Of a stretch of 64,000 nt of DNA, positions 9,193 through 17,956 are shown in pieces. Numbering within the stretch: position 1 is the stretch's first letter; each line of letters starts with the position of its first letter. The DNA comes from an uncultured delta proteobacterium. GTDB lineage: Bacteria > Desulfobacterota > Binatia > DP-6. Location: assembly GCA_963815115.1 (NCBI GenBank), contig CAWFFN010000005.1, positions 288,001-352,000 on the forward strand, in the 5' to 3' direction. Under the pieces are notes generated by a model that was not told the origin of the DNA, ran no database searches, and saw nothing but the letters and a program-made list of their open reading frames with translations. The position numbers were made by a program, and so were the translations under genes.

Positions 9193-10181
9193 TCCGAGCC
9201 GGCGGCCTGCTGCTGCTCGGGCTCGCGCTTCTCGCCTGCCGCCGGGAGCAGGAGGCGCCTCCGAGCGCGGAGGCGCATTCCACGGAGGCGGGTTCAAAGA
9301 CAGCCGCGGCGGCGCGCCCGCTCTCGACCGACATCACGCCGCATCTCACGGCTCTCGCCGGCAACGACGAGGTCCTCGCCGGCGACGCGCAGGAGGCCCT
9401 GGTCGAGCTCGGGCCCGCGGTGGTGCCGGCGCTGATGGCGGCGCTCCCGCAGCAGCCCACGGCCGCGCGAGTGCGCATCGTGCGCGTCCTGGCGCGCATC
9501 CGGAGCGCGGACGCCGTCGAGGTGCTGAACCTGACGGCATCGAAGGACGGCGACCTCGAGGTGCGCGCCGCATCGTTGCGCGCCCTCACGGCGCTCGGCG
9601 ACGAGGGCAGCCGCCAGGTGCTGATCGCGGCGCTGGACGATCCGCTGCCGGCCGTGCGCTGGGCCGCGCTCGCCGCGTGCGCGACCCGCTGCACCACGCC
9701 GGACGCGATCGACAAGATGGCCGCGCTGGCGGTGAACGACCCCGATCTCACGGCCGGGTTGATGGCACGGGCGACGCTCGCGAGGCTGCGCGCCGCTGGC
9801 CACGCCGAGCCCGTGCAGGCGGCCGTGGTGAGGAAGGCGCTCCCCGCGCTCTCCGGAGGCACGCCCGACACGCGAGCGCGAGCCGCGCTGCTGGCCGTCG
9901 ACGGCGGGGATGCCGCCGCGCTGGCGTCGCTGGGCGCGCTGGCGACCGGAGTGTCCCCCGCGCTCCAGCGCCAGGTCGCGTTCGCGCTCGGCAGCGAGGG
10001 AGGCGCCGCGGCCGTCGAGCCGTTGAAGGCCCTGCTCGCGCAGCAGGACGCGGACGTCCAGCTCTACGCCTACGATGCGCTCCGCAAGCTCGGTGACCGC
10101 GGCGTGAGCGGCGCACAGGAGGCGACCGCCGCCTATGCCGGCCCGAAGCCGTGGGCGCCGCTCGCGGCGCCGGACGCGTGA
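9189..10181 (+). CDS. HEAT-repeat lipoprotein
   Basis: Lipobox-like LALLAC; repeated VRxxAxxAL helical motifs. Confidence 0.75.
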   Translation: MIRAGGLLLLGLALLACRREQEAPPSAEAHSTEAGSKTAAAARPLSTDITPHLTALAGNDEVLAGDAQEALVELGPAVVPALMAALPQQPTAARVRIVRVLARIRSADAVEVLNLTASKDGDLEVRAASLRALTALGDEGSRQVLIAALDDPLPAVRWAALAACATRCTTPDAIDKMAALAVNDPDLTAGLMARATLARLRAAGHAEPVQAAVVRKALPALSGGTPDTRARAALLAVDGGDAAALASLGALATGVSPALQRQVAFALGSEGGAAAVEPLKALLAQQDADVQLYAYDALRKLGDRGVSGAQEATAAYAGPKPWAPLAAPDA

Positions 10182-10206
10182 CGGCGGCGGCGGGATCGCA
10201 TCGCGA

Positions 10207-10243
10207 TCCTGGCGGGACGGGACTACGGCCCGCCCCGCCAGGA
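10207..10243. terminator. GC-rich stem-loop between convergent genes
   Basis: TCCTGGCGGG (10207-10216) pairs with CCCGCCAGGA (10234-10243), extended by CGGG/CCCG; no clear U-tract. Confidence 0.5.
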
Positions 10244-10262
10244 GGATCAGAAACTCGGTCGC

Positions 10263-10919
10263 CTAGAGGGTGAGCGTGCCAATCGCAAGGTGGATCGTCT
10301 TGATCCCCTTGCCGGGAAGGGCGGTGAGGCACTGGACGCCGAGGTTGAGAATGTCTTCACCGGTGACCGCGACCGTCGACGGCGTGCCTCCGCCGAACGC
10401 GCTGGGGGCCACGAGGCTCTGACCGCTCAGGGTGAACTGCCCGTACTGCGCCGCGCCGAACCCGCCGCCCGGCATGAACGTCGTACCGGTGATCGTCCCG
10501 TTGGCGGCAGTCGTCGAGCTCACGTCCAGCTTCTGTCCCGAGGCCGCCTTCCACTTCGCGACCAGGTTGCCCGTGATCGTTGCAGGTGCCAGCAGGCCGG
10601 TGCATCCGGCGCCGCCGACCGTGTTGAGCGTGCCCCCGACCGAACCCGACACGATGGTCGGGTTGGCCGGCGCCATCGGATCGGACGGCGTGGCCCCCGT
10701 CACCGCGCACCCGCCGAGCGTGGCCTTGACCTTGATCTGGGCGGTGCCGGTGGACGTGGGCGAGATGGGTGGCTTGATCGAGGCGGTCCCGATGACCGTG
10801 TTGCACGTGACGGTCGCACCCGAGGTGTCGTACGTCACCGTCGCGGCGCCGGCGCCCGCGGGGAGACCGCCGAGGACCAGAGCAACAGCCGTTCCGAATA
10901 GCGCAACCCTGTTCTTCAT
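10263..10919 (-). CDS. Secreted Thr/Gly/Ala-rich hypothetical protein with 4 Cys
   Basis: MKNRVALFGTAVALVLGGLPAGAGA signal peptide; AAGGAG SD upstream; 218 aa. Confidence 0.8.
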   Translation of the reverse strand: MKNRVALFGTAVALVLGGLPAGAGAATVTYDTSGATVTCNTVIGTASIKPPISPTSTGTAQIKVKATLGGCAVTGATPSDPMAPANPTIVSGSVGGTLNTVGGAGCTGLLAPATITGNLVAKWKAASGQKLDVSSTTAANGTITGTTFMPGGGFGAAQYGQFTLSGQSLVAPSAFGGGTPSTVAVTGEDILNLGVQCLTALPGKGIKTIHLAIGTLTL

Positions 10920-11130
10920 GATCGTCTTTCTCCTTCTTCCTTCTTCCTGTTGGGTCGATGTTTCTTCGATGTGACTCGGATCAGGCGACTTCAGCGCCCC
11001 GAGGAAGGCCTCGCCATCCTCCAGCGCGCTCGCCTGGTCCACCGCCGCGCGCGAGACGGCGCCCCGACCGGGAATCACGAGCCTGTTCTTCGCGCGGACT
11101 CTCCCCCTCCTCGAGTGTGGGCTGGTGAAG

Positions 11131-11144
11131 CAAACGACCGTTCG
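11131..11144. promoter_or_regulatory. Palindromic operator copy 2, CAAACGACCGTTCG
   Basis: Begins just downstream of the minus-strand -10 TATGGA (11147-11152). Confidence 0.7.
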
Positions 11145-11146
11145 TG

Positions 11147-11176
11147 TCCATAGCCAAGTCGTCAGCCGAGCGTCAA
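11147..11176 (-). promoter_or_regulatory. Putative sigma70 promoter TTGACG-N18-TATGGA for the secreted protein gene
   Basis: -35 at 11171-11176, -10 at 11147-11152 on the minus strand. Confidence 0.55.
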
Positions 11177-11207
11177 TGGAAATGTTGTTGACGCGTCGCG
11201 CGACTTT

Positions 11208-11663
11208 TCAGGGCGTCCGGGATGCCCGACGCCGTGTGGCCGCCCACGACCCGGGTGTGACGCCATCGACGCGCACCTGACGGACCGCGAACAGCCAGCT
11301 CCCGCCGCTGAGCGCATAGCGGTCGCGATAGCGCCCCCAGTGATCGGGCCCTTCCTCGGTGACGACCAGGAAGTAGCTCGATCCCGTGGCGCTCTCGACA
11401 CCCGAGACGTCGATGCGCAGGCTCGATACGTGATGTCGAATGGATCGCGCCGCCGGCGATTCACGCGCGCTGGATCGGGTGTCGGCGAGGAAATCGAGGA
11501 TGGCCTGCCGGCCACGCAACGGCTCGCGGCCGTCGATCTCGAGGAGGCCCGTCTCCGCGAACAGGGCGACCAGCTCGTCGAAACGCCCACCGTCGGCGTG
11601 ATGTGCGTAGCGCGCGACCAGCTCGCGGATCTCCTCGCGCGCCGCCAGCTCCCAGGGCTCCAT
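11208..11663 (-). CDS. SnoaL-like / NTF2 family protein
   Basis: REEIRELVARYAHHAD, GRQAI, RHHVS, GRYRDRY, W.F..R pattern. Confidence 0.85.
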   Translation of the reverse strand: MEPWELAAREEIRELVARYAHHADGGRFDELVALFAETGLLEIDGREPLRGRQAILDFLADTRSSARESPAARSIRHHVSSLRIDVSGVESATGSSYFLVVTEEGPDHWGRYRDRYALSGGSWLFAVRQVRVDGVTPGSWAATRRRASRTP

Positions 11664-11671
11664 CGCGGGTC

Positions 11672-12295
11672 TCAGCCTCCGCCGAGCTCCGCGAGCACGG
11701 CGTCAGAGGACGTGACGGTGGCGAGCAACGGCATGATGTTGTCCACGGAGAAGCGGTGCCACTCGTCCGGGTAGCTGGCGCAGCAATCCTCGATCACGAC
11801 GACGTCGAAGCCGCGGTTCACCGAGGCGCGCACGATGCCCTCGACCGCCAGGTTGGTCGACACCCCGGTCATGAGCAGCGTGGTGCGGCCGAGCTGGCGC
11901 AGCACGGGGTAGAGCTGCGTGCCGTACGAGCCGTCGATGCCGACGGTGCGCTCGAGCACGAAGTCCTGCGGCTGCGGCGTCAGCGCCTCGTGGACCTGCA
12001 CGCCCCAGGTCCCCTCGATCAGCCGGGGCTTCGAGCCACCCAGCCGGTGGAGGCGCGTGTTCGGGCGGGGAAAGCCGGGCTTGCCGCAGAAGTTGATGTA
12101 CAGCACCGGCACGCCGCGGGCGCGCGCGGCGGCCGTCAGCGCGCGCAGCTTGGCGATGATGCCGCGCTTCTCGACCTGGATGGCCAGCACGCCGCCGAGC
12201 CCCCGCTCGCCGATGTTCGACTCGTGGACGATGTCGTTCTGCATCTCGACGAGGCAGAGTGCGGCCCGATCGATGGGCAGAGCTAGATCGGCCAC
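11672..12295 (-). CDS. Isochorismatase/cysteine hydrolase fold protein with non-canonical catalytic residues
   Basis: ALCLVEMQND, GTWG, TGVSTNLAVE, RGFDVVVIEDCCAS; GGGAG SD before GTG 12295. Confidence 0.85.
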   Translation of the reverse strand: MADLALPIDRAALCLVEMQNDIVHESNIGERGLGGVLAIQVEKRGIIAKLRALTAAARARGVPVLYINFCGKPGFPRPNTRLHRLGGSKPRLIEGTWGVQVHEALTPQPQDFVLERTVGIDGSYGTQLYPVLRQLGRTTLLMTGVSTNLAVEGIVRASVNRGFDVVVIEDCCASYPDEWHRFSVDNIMPLLATVTSSDAVLAELGGG

Positions 12296-12347
12296 GGTGC
12301 GCTCCCGCGCGCGGGCGCTTCGTCCCGTCTCGCCGCCATGCCTCCCT

Positions 12348-12425
12348 GCGGTAGTGAGTCGGGGGTCGGGCGTCAAGACGCGAGCCGCCGCGGGCTTGAC
12401 CCCGAGGGCGCCCCGTTGCTACCGC
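12348..12425. promoter_or_regulatory. Divergent sigma70-like promoter pair
   Basis: Plus: TTGACC 12396-12401, N18, TGc-TACCGC 12420-12425. Minus: TTGACG 12371-12376, N17, TACCGC 12348-12353. Confidence 0.4.
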
Positions 12426-12441
12426 CCGTGATCACCGCCGC

Positions 12442-13707
12442 ATGCACTGGCCCCCGAGCACCGACGACGTGACCCGCCTCGCAGAGACGCTGCGCTGGGT
12501 CGTGCAGCATTCTCCCTACTATCGGCGGCTGCTCGCCGCGGCGGGCGGTGACGTCGGGGACATCCGCACGTACGACGACTTTCGCCGCCGCGTCCCGCGC
12601 ACCGCGAAGGCCGACCTGGTGGAGAACCAGCGCACGCATCCGCCCTTCGGAGAGTTCCTCGCCGTGCCGCGGGCGCAATTCGGCTCGCTGCACACGTCGC
12701 CGGGGCCGATCCTGATCCCGCGTCTCGCCTCCGAGCGCGGCGGGACGCCGGTGCTGGCGGCGTCGATCCGTGCCATGGGCGTGCGCCCGGGCGACGTCGC
12801 ACACGTCACGCTGTCCTACCACATCATGCCGGGAGGCCTCCGCCTCCACCGCGCCTTCGAGGAGGCGGGCTGCCTCGTGCTGAACGGCGGCACCGGCAAC
12901 AGTCGCCTCCAGGTGGAGCTGGCGCGGGCCTGGGGAGCGACGGTCTACGCCGGCACGCCGAGCTTCCTCGCCAACCTCGGCGACACCGCGCGCGAGCTCG
13001 GGCTCGATCCGCGGCGCGACCTGTCGTACCGCGTCGGCTTCTCGACCGCCGAGGCGCTCACCCCGGCGCTGCGCCGCGATCTCGAGGACACCTTCGGGAT
13101 CGAGCTCTTCGATCACTGCGGCGAGGCACAGATCGGGCCGCTCGCCGGCGAATGCCGGGTGCACGACGGGATGCACGTGCACGCCGCCGACCTGTTCTGC
13201 GAGTTTCTCGATCCGGAGTCGGGCGAGCCGGTGGAAGCGGGCGGGACGGGCGAGCTGGTCGCGACGCAGCTCGGAGCGCGAGCGCTGCCCCTCGTGCGAT
13301 ATGCGCCCGGCGACGTCTTCCGCCTTCTGCCAGGCGCGTGCCCGTGCGGCGATCCGGCGCCGCGCGTGGTGTTCGTCGGCCAGGTCGGTGCCATCCGCAA
13401 GATCAAGGGCGTCCTGGTACACCCGGCGCAGGTGCATCGCGCGCTGTCCGCGATGCCCGACGTCGCGCGATTCCAGATCGTCGTCGACCACCCGGAAGGC
13501 GAGCGCTACGACCGCGCCGTGCTCCGCGTCGGGCTCACGTCGCGGCCCGACGACCCTGGCGCGTTCGCGCGGGCGGTCGCCGAGCGGGTGAAGGCGGCCG
13601 TCCTCGTCGGGATGGACGTGGAGCTGGTCGGGGCGGACGATCTGCCCGAGGGCGCGGCGCCGCCGCGCTTCGCCGACGTGATGGTGGATCGGCGGAGGAA
13701 GTCGTGA
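12442..13707 (+). CDS. Phenylacetate-CoA ligase family protein (SPGP-loop variant)
   Basis: SPYYRR, P.T.K.DL, HTSPGP, GTPSFL, GECRVHDGMHV, GELVAT, CPCG, KIKGVLVHP. Confidence 0.88.
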   Translation: MHWPPSTDDVTRLAETLRWVVQHSPYYRRLLAAAGGDVGDIRTYDDFRRRVPRTAKADLVENQRTHPPFGEFLAVPRAQFGSLHTSPGPILIPRLASERGGTPVLAASIRAMGVRPGDVAHVTLSYHIMPGGLRLHRAFEEAGCLVLNGGTGNSRLQVELARAWGATVYAGTPSFLANLGDTARELGLDPRRDLSYRVGFSTAEALTPALRRDLEDTFGIELFDHCGEAQIGPLAGECRVHDGMHVHAADLFCEFLDPESGEPVEAGGTGELVATQLGARALPLVRYAPGDVFRLLPGACPCGDPAPRVVFVGQVGAIRKIKGVLVHPAQVHRALSAMPDVARFQIVVDHPEGERYDRAVLRVGLTSRPDDPGAFARAVAERVKAAVLVGMDVELVGADDLPEGAAPPRFADVMVDRRRKS

Positions 13708-14987
13708 CCGGCCGCCCGTCCGCCGACCGGCGCTACTACGATCCGGACGTCCAGACCATGCCGCGCGAGCGGCTGCGCGTGCTGCAAGCGCAGCGTCTCG
13801 TGCGGCAGCTCGATCGTATCTGGGAGACCCCGGTCCCGTTCTTCAGGCGCAAGCTCGAGGCCGCTGGTCTGCGCAAGGACGACGTGCGCGGGCTCGACGA
13901 TCTCCGCGCCATTCCCACCACGGTGAAGGCCGAGCTGCGCCGGAGCGAGGAGGAGCACCCCCCCTTCGGTGACTACCGGGGCGCGCCGCCGAGCGCGGCC
14001 GTGCGGCTCGGCGCCTCGACGGGGACCAGCGGGCGTCCGACCCTGATCCTCTGGACGCGGAAGGACCTCGAGGTGGATCACGCCGCCTCGGCGCGCGGGC
14101 GCTGGCGCTGGGGCCTGCGGCCCGGGATGACCCTCGCCAACGCGCATCCCTTCGGCATGAACGCCGGCGGCTGGCACTTCAGCCACGGCGTCGAGGCGCT
14201 CGGCGTGCTGAACGTGCCCTCCGGGCCGCCGGTGGGCGAAGCGCACGTGCAGGACGTCCTCGCGGTGTGGCGCAGGCTCCGGCCGGACATGTACCGGCTG
14301 TTCGGCAACGTCGCGACGACGTACGCCGAGGCGGCCCGGGCCCGCGGCCTGGACCCGGCCCGCGATCTGAACCTGACCGTCGCCGGCGACCATCCGTCCG
14401 AGCAGTACCTGATGGTGAGCTCGGGCCTGGAGGCGTTGCCGCTGCTCGGCAGCGCCTGCGACGAGCGCCAGGGGGCGCACCTCGCCGAGGACCTCGCGAT
14501 CGTCGAGGTGATCGATCGTCGCGCCGGCCGCGCGCTGGGCCACGGCGCGCGCGGCAACCTGGTGGTCACGGTGCTCGAGAAGGACAACTTTCTCCTGCGC
14601 TACGATCTCGAGGACGTCGTACGATTGAACGAGGACGCGTGTCCGTGCGGCGAGACGCACCGGCGTCTCTTCTACGAGGGCCGGGTACGCGATCTCGTCC
14701 CGGTCGGCGATCACGAGGTCCTGCCGATCGACGTTGCCCTGGTCCTCTACGGATTTCCCGAGGTGTCGTCGCCGTCGGCCGAGTACCAGATCGTCCGCCC
14801 GGCGGTGCCCGCGACGCTGCTGCACGTGCGCTGCGAGCTCGGACCGGGCATCGAGGCGGCGCCGATCGCGGCTCGCATCGCGGAGCGCATGCGCGAACGG
14901 ATCGGCGTGCCGGCGCGCGTGGAGCTGGTGCCGCGCGGCGGTCTGCCCCGGTTCGCCTACAAGGCGGCCCGGGTGGTCGACGCCTGA
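13704..14987 (+). CDS. Phenylacetate-CoA ligase family protein
   Basis: IPTTVKAELR, STGTSGRP, GNLVVTVL, LRYDLED, CPCG, KAARVVD; GTGA overlap. Confidence 0.88.
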   Translation: MTGRPSADRRYYDPDVQTMPRERLRVLQAQRLVRQLDRIWETPVPFFRRKLEAAGLRKDDVRGLDDLRAIPTTVKAELRRSEEEHPPFGDYRGAPPSAAVRLGASTGTSGRPTLILWTRKDLEVDHAASARGRWRWGLRPGMTLANAHPFGMNAGGWHFSHGVEALGVLNVPSGPPVGEAHVQDVLAVWRRLRPDMYRLFGNVATTYAEAARARGLDPARDLNLTVAGDHPSEQYLMVSSGLEALPLLGSACDERQGAHLAEDLAIVEVIDRRAGRALGHGARGNLVVTVLEKDNFLLRYDLEDVVRLNEDACPCGETHRRLFYEGRVRDLVPVGDHEVLPIDVALVLYGFPEVSSPSAEYQIVRPAVPATLLHVRCELGPGIEAAPIAARIAERMRERIGVPARVELVPRGGLPRFAYKAARVVDA

Positions 14988-15071
14988 GCACATCGGACGG
15001 CGCTCGACCGCACTCGCCCGACACGCGTGATGCTCGCATCGGGTGCGCCCCGCAGGTAGGGTGCCGCCGGC

Positions 15072-15920
15072 ATGGCCGCGCGCAACCCAGCCGACCTGGT
15101 CCTTCGCGCCCGCTACCGCGAGCCGATCAACTTCCCCGATCTGACGGAGCGGCTCGCGCTGCGGCTGTCGTCGGTGCTCAGCTACACGGCCCGCGCCCAC
15201 TTCGGGCTCTGGCACCGGAAGGTCGGCGGCCCCGATTTCACCGATCCCGCGGGTGTCTTCACGCCGCTGGCGACGGTCGAGATCGAGGTCGAGGACGTCG
15301 CGGTCGATCCGCGCCAGCCGTTCCGGGTCAATGGCGAGACCCATCTGGCGAAGTCGCTCGACGAGCGCGGCGCGGTACGCCACCTCGTGCGTCAGGGGCG
15401 ACACACCGTGCACGACGCGGGCGGCAGGCTGGTGGCGCGCGCCCGGCTGACCAACGTCTTCACGCGCTACGATCCCGATCCGGCGCGCCGCCGGGTGACC
15501 GAGCTGCCGCGGGAGCTGGGCCTGGGGGCGGTGCCGTCGCGCCTGACCGAGCTCCTGGACGTCGAATCGCTGGTCCCGCGGGATCGCCGCCCCGACTTCG
15601 TCGAGGAGCGCGAGCGCGTGTGGCACTACGGCCAGACCGATGCCAACCGCCACGTCAACGGCATGGAGTACCTGCGCTCCATGGAGCAGTTCGTCGCCGA
15701 TGGGCTGCACCGTGCCGGCCACGACCTGCGCCGGCTGTTCTTCTCGCAGGCGCGCATCGTCTACCGCAAGCCGTGCTTCCGCGGCGAGGGCTACCGGCGC
15801 GTCGCCTGGTACAACGGGGAGGCGCCGCTGGTCGTCGGCGGAGCCTTCGTGAAGGCCGCCGATCCGGCCGGCGCGCGTCCTGCCGCCGCCGTCGAGCTGA
15901 CGCTCGGCCAGCACGACTGA
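15072..15920 (+). CDS. Acyl-ACP/acyl-CoA thioesterase (double hot-dog)
   Basis: TDANRHVNGMEY matches the D.N.HVN thioesterase motif. Confidence 0.7.
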   Translation: MAARNPADLVLRARYREPINFPDLTERLALRLSSVLSYTARAHFGLWHRKVGGPDFTDPAGVFTPLATVEIEVEDVAVDPRQPFRVNGETHLAKSLDERGAVRHLVRQGRHTVHDAGGRLVARARLTNVFTRYDPDPARRRVTELPRELGLGAVPSRLTELLDVESLVPRDRRPDFVEERERVWHYGQTDANRHVNGMEYLRSMEQFVADGLHRAGHDLRRLFFSQARIVYRKPCFRGEGYRRVAWYNGEAPLVVGGAFVKAADPAGARPAAAVELTLGQHD

Positions 15921-15985
15921 CCCGCGCGCCGGGTCCGCCGCCGCGAAGTCGCCGTCGAACCGGGAATGCGCTACACCAGCCGGCG

Positions 15986-16558
15986 ATGATCTCGACCGGT
16001 GACTTCAAGCGCGGGCTTCGCATTCTTCTCGACGGCGATCCCTGGGTCATCCTCGACGTGCACGTGCAATCACCCTCGGCCCGCGGCGCCAGCTCGCTCA
16101 GCAAGCTCAAGGTGCGCAACCTCCGGACCGGGCAGGTCCTCGACCGGACGTTCCGCGGCGGCGACCGGATCGAGGAGCCGGATCTCGAGCTGCGGGCCGT
16201 GCAGTTCCTCTATCGCGACGACAGCGGCTTCCACTTCATGGACGCGCAGAGCTACGAGCAGTTCTCCCTCGGCGCCGACGACCTCGGTGACGTCGCGGGG
16301 TACCTGCGCGACGGCCTCGACGGCATCCGCTCCGTCGTGTTCAACGGCAAGGCGATCTCGATCGACCTGCCGAACACGGTGACGCTCCGGGTGGTCGATA
16401 CGACGCCGGCGCTCAAGGGCGCCACGGCCCAGGCGCAGACCAAGGCCGCCGAGCTGGAGACCGGCCTCGTGATCCAGGTGCCCTCGTATCTCGAGACCGA
16501 CGAGCTGATCGTCGTCGACACGCGCGAGGCGCGCTTCGTGTCGCGGGCGCGGGGCTGA
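15986..16558 (+). CDS. efpL: Elongation factor P family protein with EfpL/YeiP-type tip loop
   Basis: EF-P three-domain pattern; QSPSARGAS loop; ETGLVIQVPSYL and FVSRA C-terminus. Confidence 0.8.
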   Translation: MISTGDFKRGLRILLDGDPWVILDVHVQSPSARGASSLSKLKVRNLRTGQVLDRTFRGGDRIEEPDLELRAVQFLYRDDSGFHFMDAQSYEQFSLGADDLGDVAGYLRDGLDGIRSVVFNGKAISIDLPNTVTLRVVDTTPALKGATAQAQTKAAELETGLVIQVPSYLETDELIVVDTREARFVSRARG

Positions 16559-16647
16559 GCGAGGCCGGCGGGCCGCCGGCAGTCGCGCGCCCGCGCCTTG
16601 ACCGTCTCACCGGCGATGTGGTCGGGTCGCGGCAGGAGGATCGCGCC

Positions 16648-17049
16648 ATGCCGAAGCGAGCGAGGACACGCCGGCCGCAGAGCCGGTTCGACGAGGGGAT
16701 GGCGGTGCGGCGCAGCGTCCTCGGCCCGCGCTACGTCGACGAGTCGATGCGCGCGGCCGACGACTTCACCATGCCGCTCCAGGAGCTGGTGACGGAGTAC
16801 TGCTGGGGCGCGGTCTGGACCCGCCCCGGCCTGCCGCGGAAGACGCGCAGCCTGCTCAACCTGGCCATGCTCACCGCGCTGAACCGGCCCCACGAGGTGC
16901 GCCTGCACGTCCGGGGCGCGCTGCGCAACGGATGCTCGCGCGACGAGATCATGGAGACGCTGCTGCAGGCGGCCATCTACTGCGGGGTTCCGGCGGCCAT
17001 CGACAGCTTCCGGATCGCGCGCGAGGTGCTGGCCGCGCCCGAGGCCTGA
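16648..17049 (+). CDS. Carboxymuconolactone decarboxylase family protein
   Basis: WGAVWTRPGL.RKTRSL, HVRGALRNG, AIYCGVPAA; AGGAGG SD. Confidence 0.9.
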   Translation: MPKRARTRRPQSRFDEGMAVRRSVLGPRYVDESMRAADDFTMPLQELVTEYCWGAVWTRPGLPRKTRSLLNLAMLTALNRPHEVRLHVRGALRNGCSRDEIMETLLQAAIYCGVPAAIDSFRIAREVLAAPEA

Positions 17050-17055
17050 CCGACC

Positions 17056-17952
17056 ATGCGCGTCGGGCTCGTCGGGCTGGGAAACATGGGACGGCCGATG
17101 GCAGCGCGCATGCGCGCCGCCGGCCTGCCGCTCACCGTGCACGACGCGCGGCCGGAGGTCGCGCGTGACGTCGCCGCTGCCTGCGACGCCGTCGCGGCCC
17201 CGTCGCTCGCGGCGCTGGCAACGGCGAGCGACACCGTGGTGACGATGCTGCCCGACGGCGCGACGGTCCGCCGCGCCGTCCTCGGCCCCGGCGATTGCCT
17301 GGCCGCCGGCCTCGCCCCCGGCACGATCGTCGTCGACATGGGGTCGTCGTCGCCGGCGGACACGCGGGCGCTCGGCGCGGCGCTCGCCGCGCGCGGCGTC
17401 GGGTTCCTCGATGCGCCGGTGTCCGGCGGGGTGCGCCGCGCCGCGGACGGAACGCTCACGGTCATGGTCGGCGGCGATCCCGCGCTCGCGGCGCGCTGCG
17501 CGCCGCTCTTCGACGCCGTCGGCACGCAGCGCTTCGCGTGCGGCCCGCTGGGCGCAGGCCACGCCATGAAGGCGCTCAACAACCTGGTGTCCGCGGCAGG
17601 CCTGCTGATCGCCGGCGAGGCGTTGCTGATCGGCCGCCGTTTCGGGCTCGATCCGGCGCGCATGCTCGAGGTGCTGAACGCGTCCACCGGACGGAACCAC
17701 GCCACCGAGCACAAGGTGGCGCAGTTCGTCCTGTCGCGCCGCTTCGACGCGGGGTTCTCGCTCGCGCTCATGGTGAAGGACCTCGGCACCGCCCTGGAGC
17801 TGGCCGACGACACCGGCACGCCGGCGGCGCTCGCGAGCGAGTGCCGCGCCCTGTGGACGCGCGCCGCCGGCGAGCTCGCGCCGGGCGCGGATCACACCGC
17901 GGTCGTGCGCTGGCTGGAAACCCTGGCCGGCACCACCCTCGGGGAGGATTGA
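17056..17952 (+). CDS. NAD(P)-dependent beta-hydroxyacid dehydrogenase (3-hydroxyisobutyrate DH family)
   Basis: GLGNMG, DAPVSGG, K..NN, F.L.LMVKDL motifs. Confidence 0.92.
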   Translation: MRVGLVGLGNMGRPMAARMRAAGLPLTVHDARPEVARDVAAACDAVAAPSLAALATASDTVVTMLPDGATVRRAVLGPGDCLAAGLAPGTIVVDMGSSSPADTRALGAALAARGVGFLDAPVSGGVRRAADGTLTVMVGGDPALAARCAPLFDAVGTQRFACGPLGAGHAMKALNNLVSAAGLLIAGEALLIGRRFGLDPARMLEVLNASTGRNHATEHKVAQFVLSRRFDAGFSLALMVKDLGTALELADDTGTPAALASECRALWTRAAGELAPGADHTAVVRWLETLAGTTLGED

Positions 17953-17956
17953 GGCG

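Noticed and set aside
12284-12339. Short minus-strand ORF MAARRDEAPARGSAPWPI after GGGAGG
   Set aside because: SD only 1 nt from the ATG; GTG 12295 has a properly spaced SD
15986-16558. EarP-rhamnosylated EF-P because of the tip Arg
   Set aside because: The loop is the longer SPSARG EfpL type and no earP is adjacent
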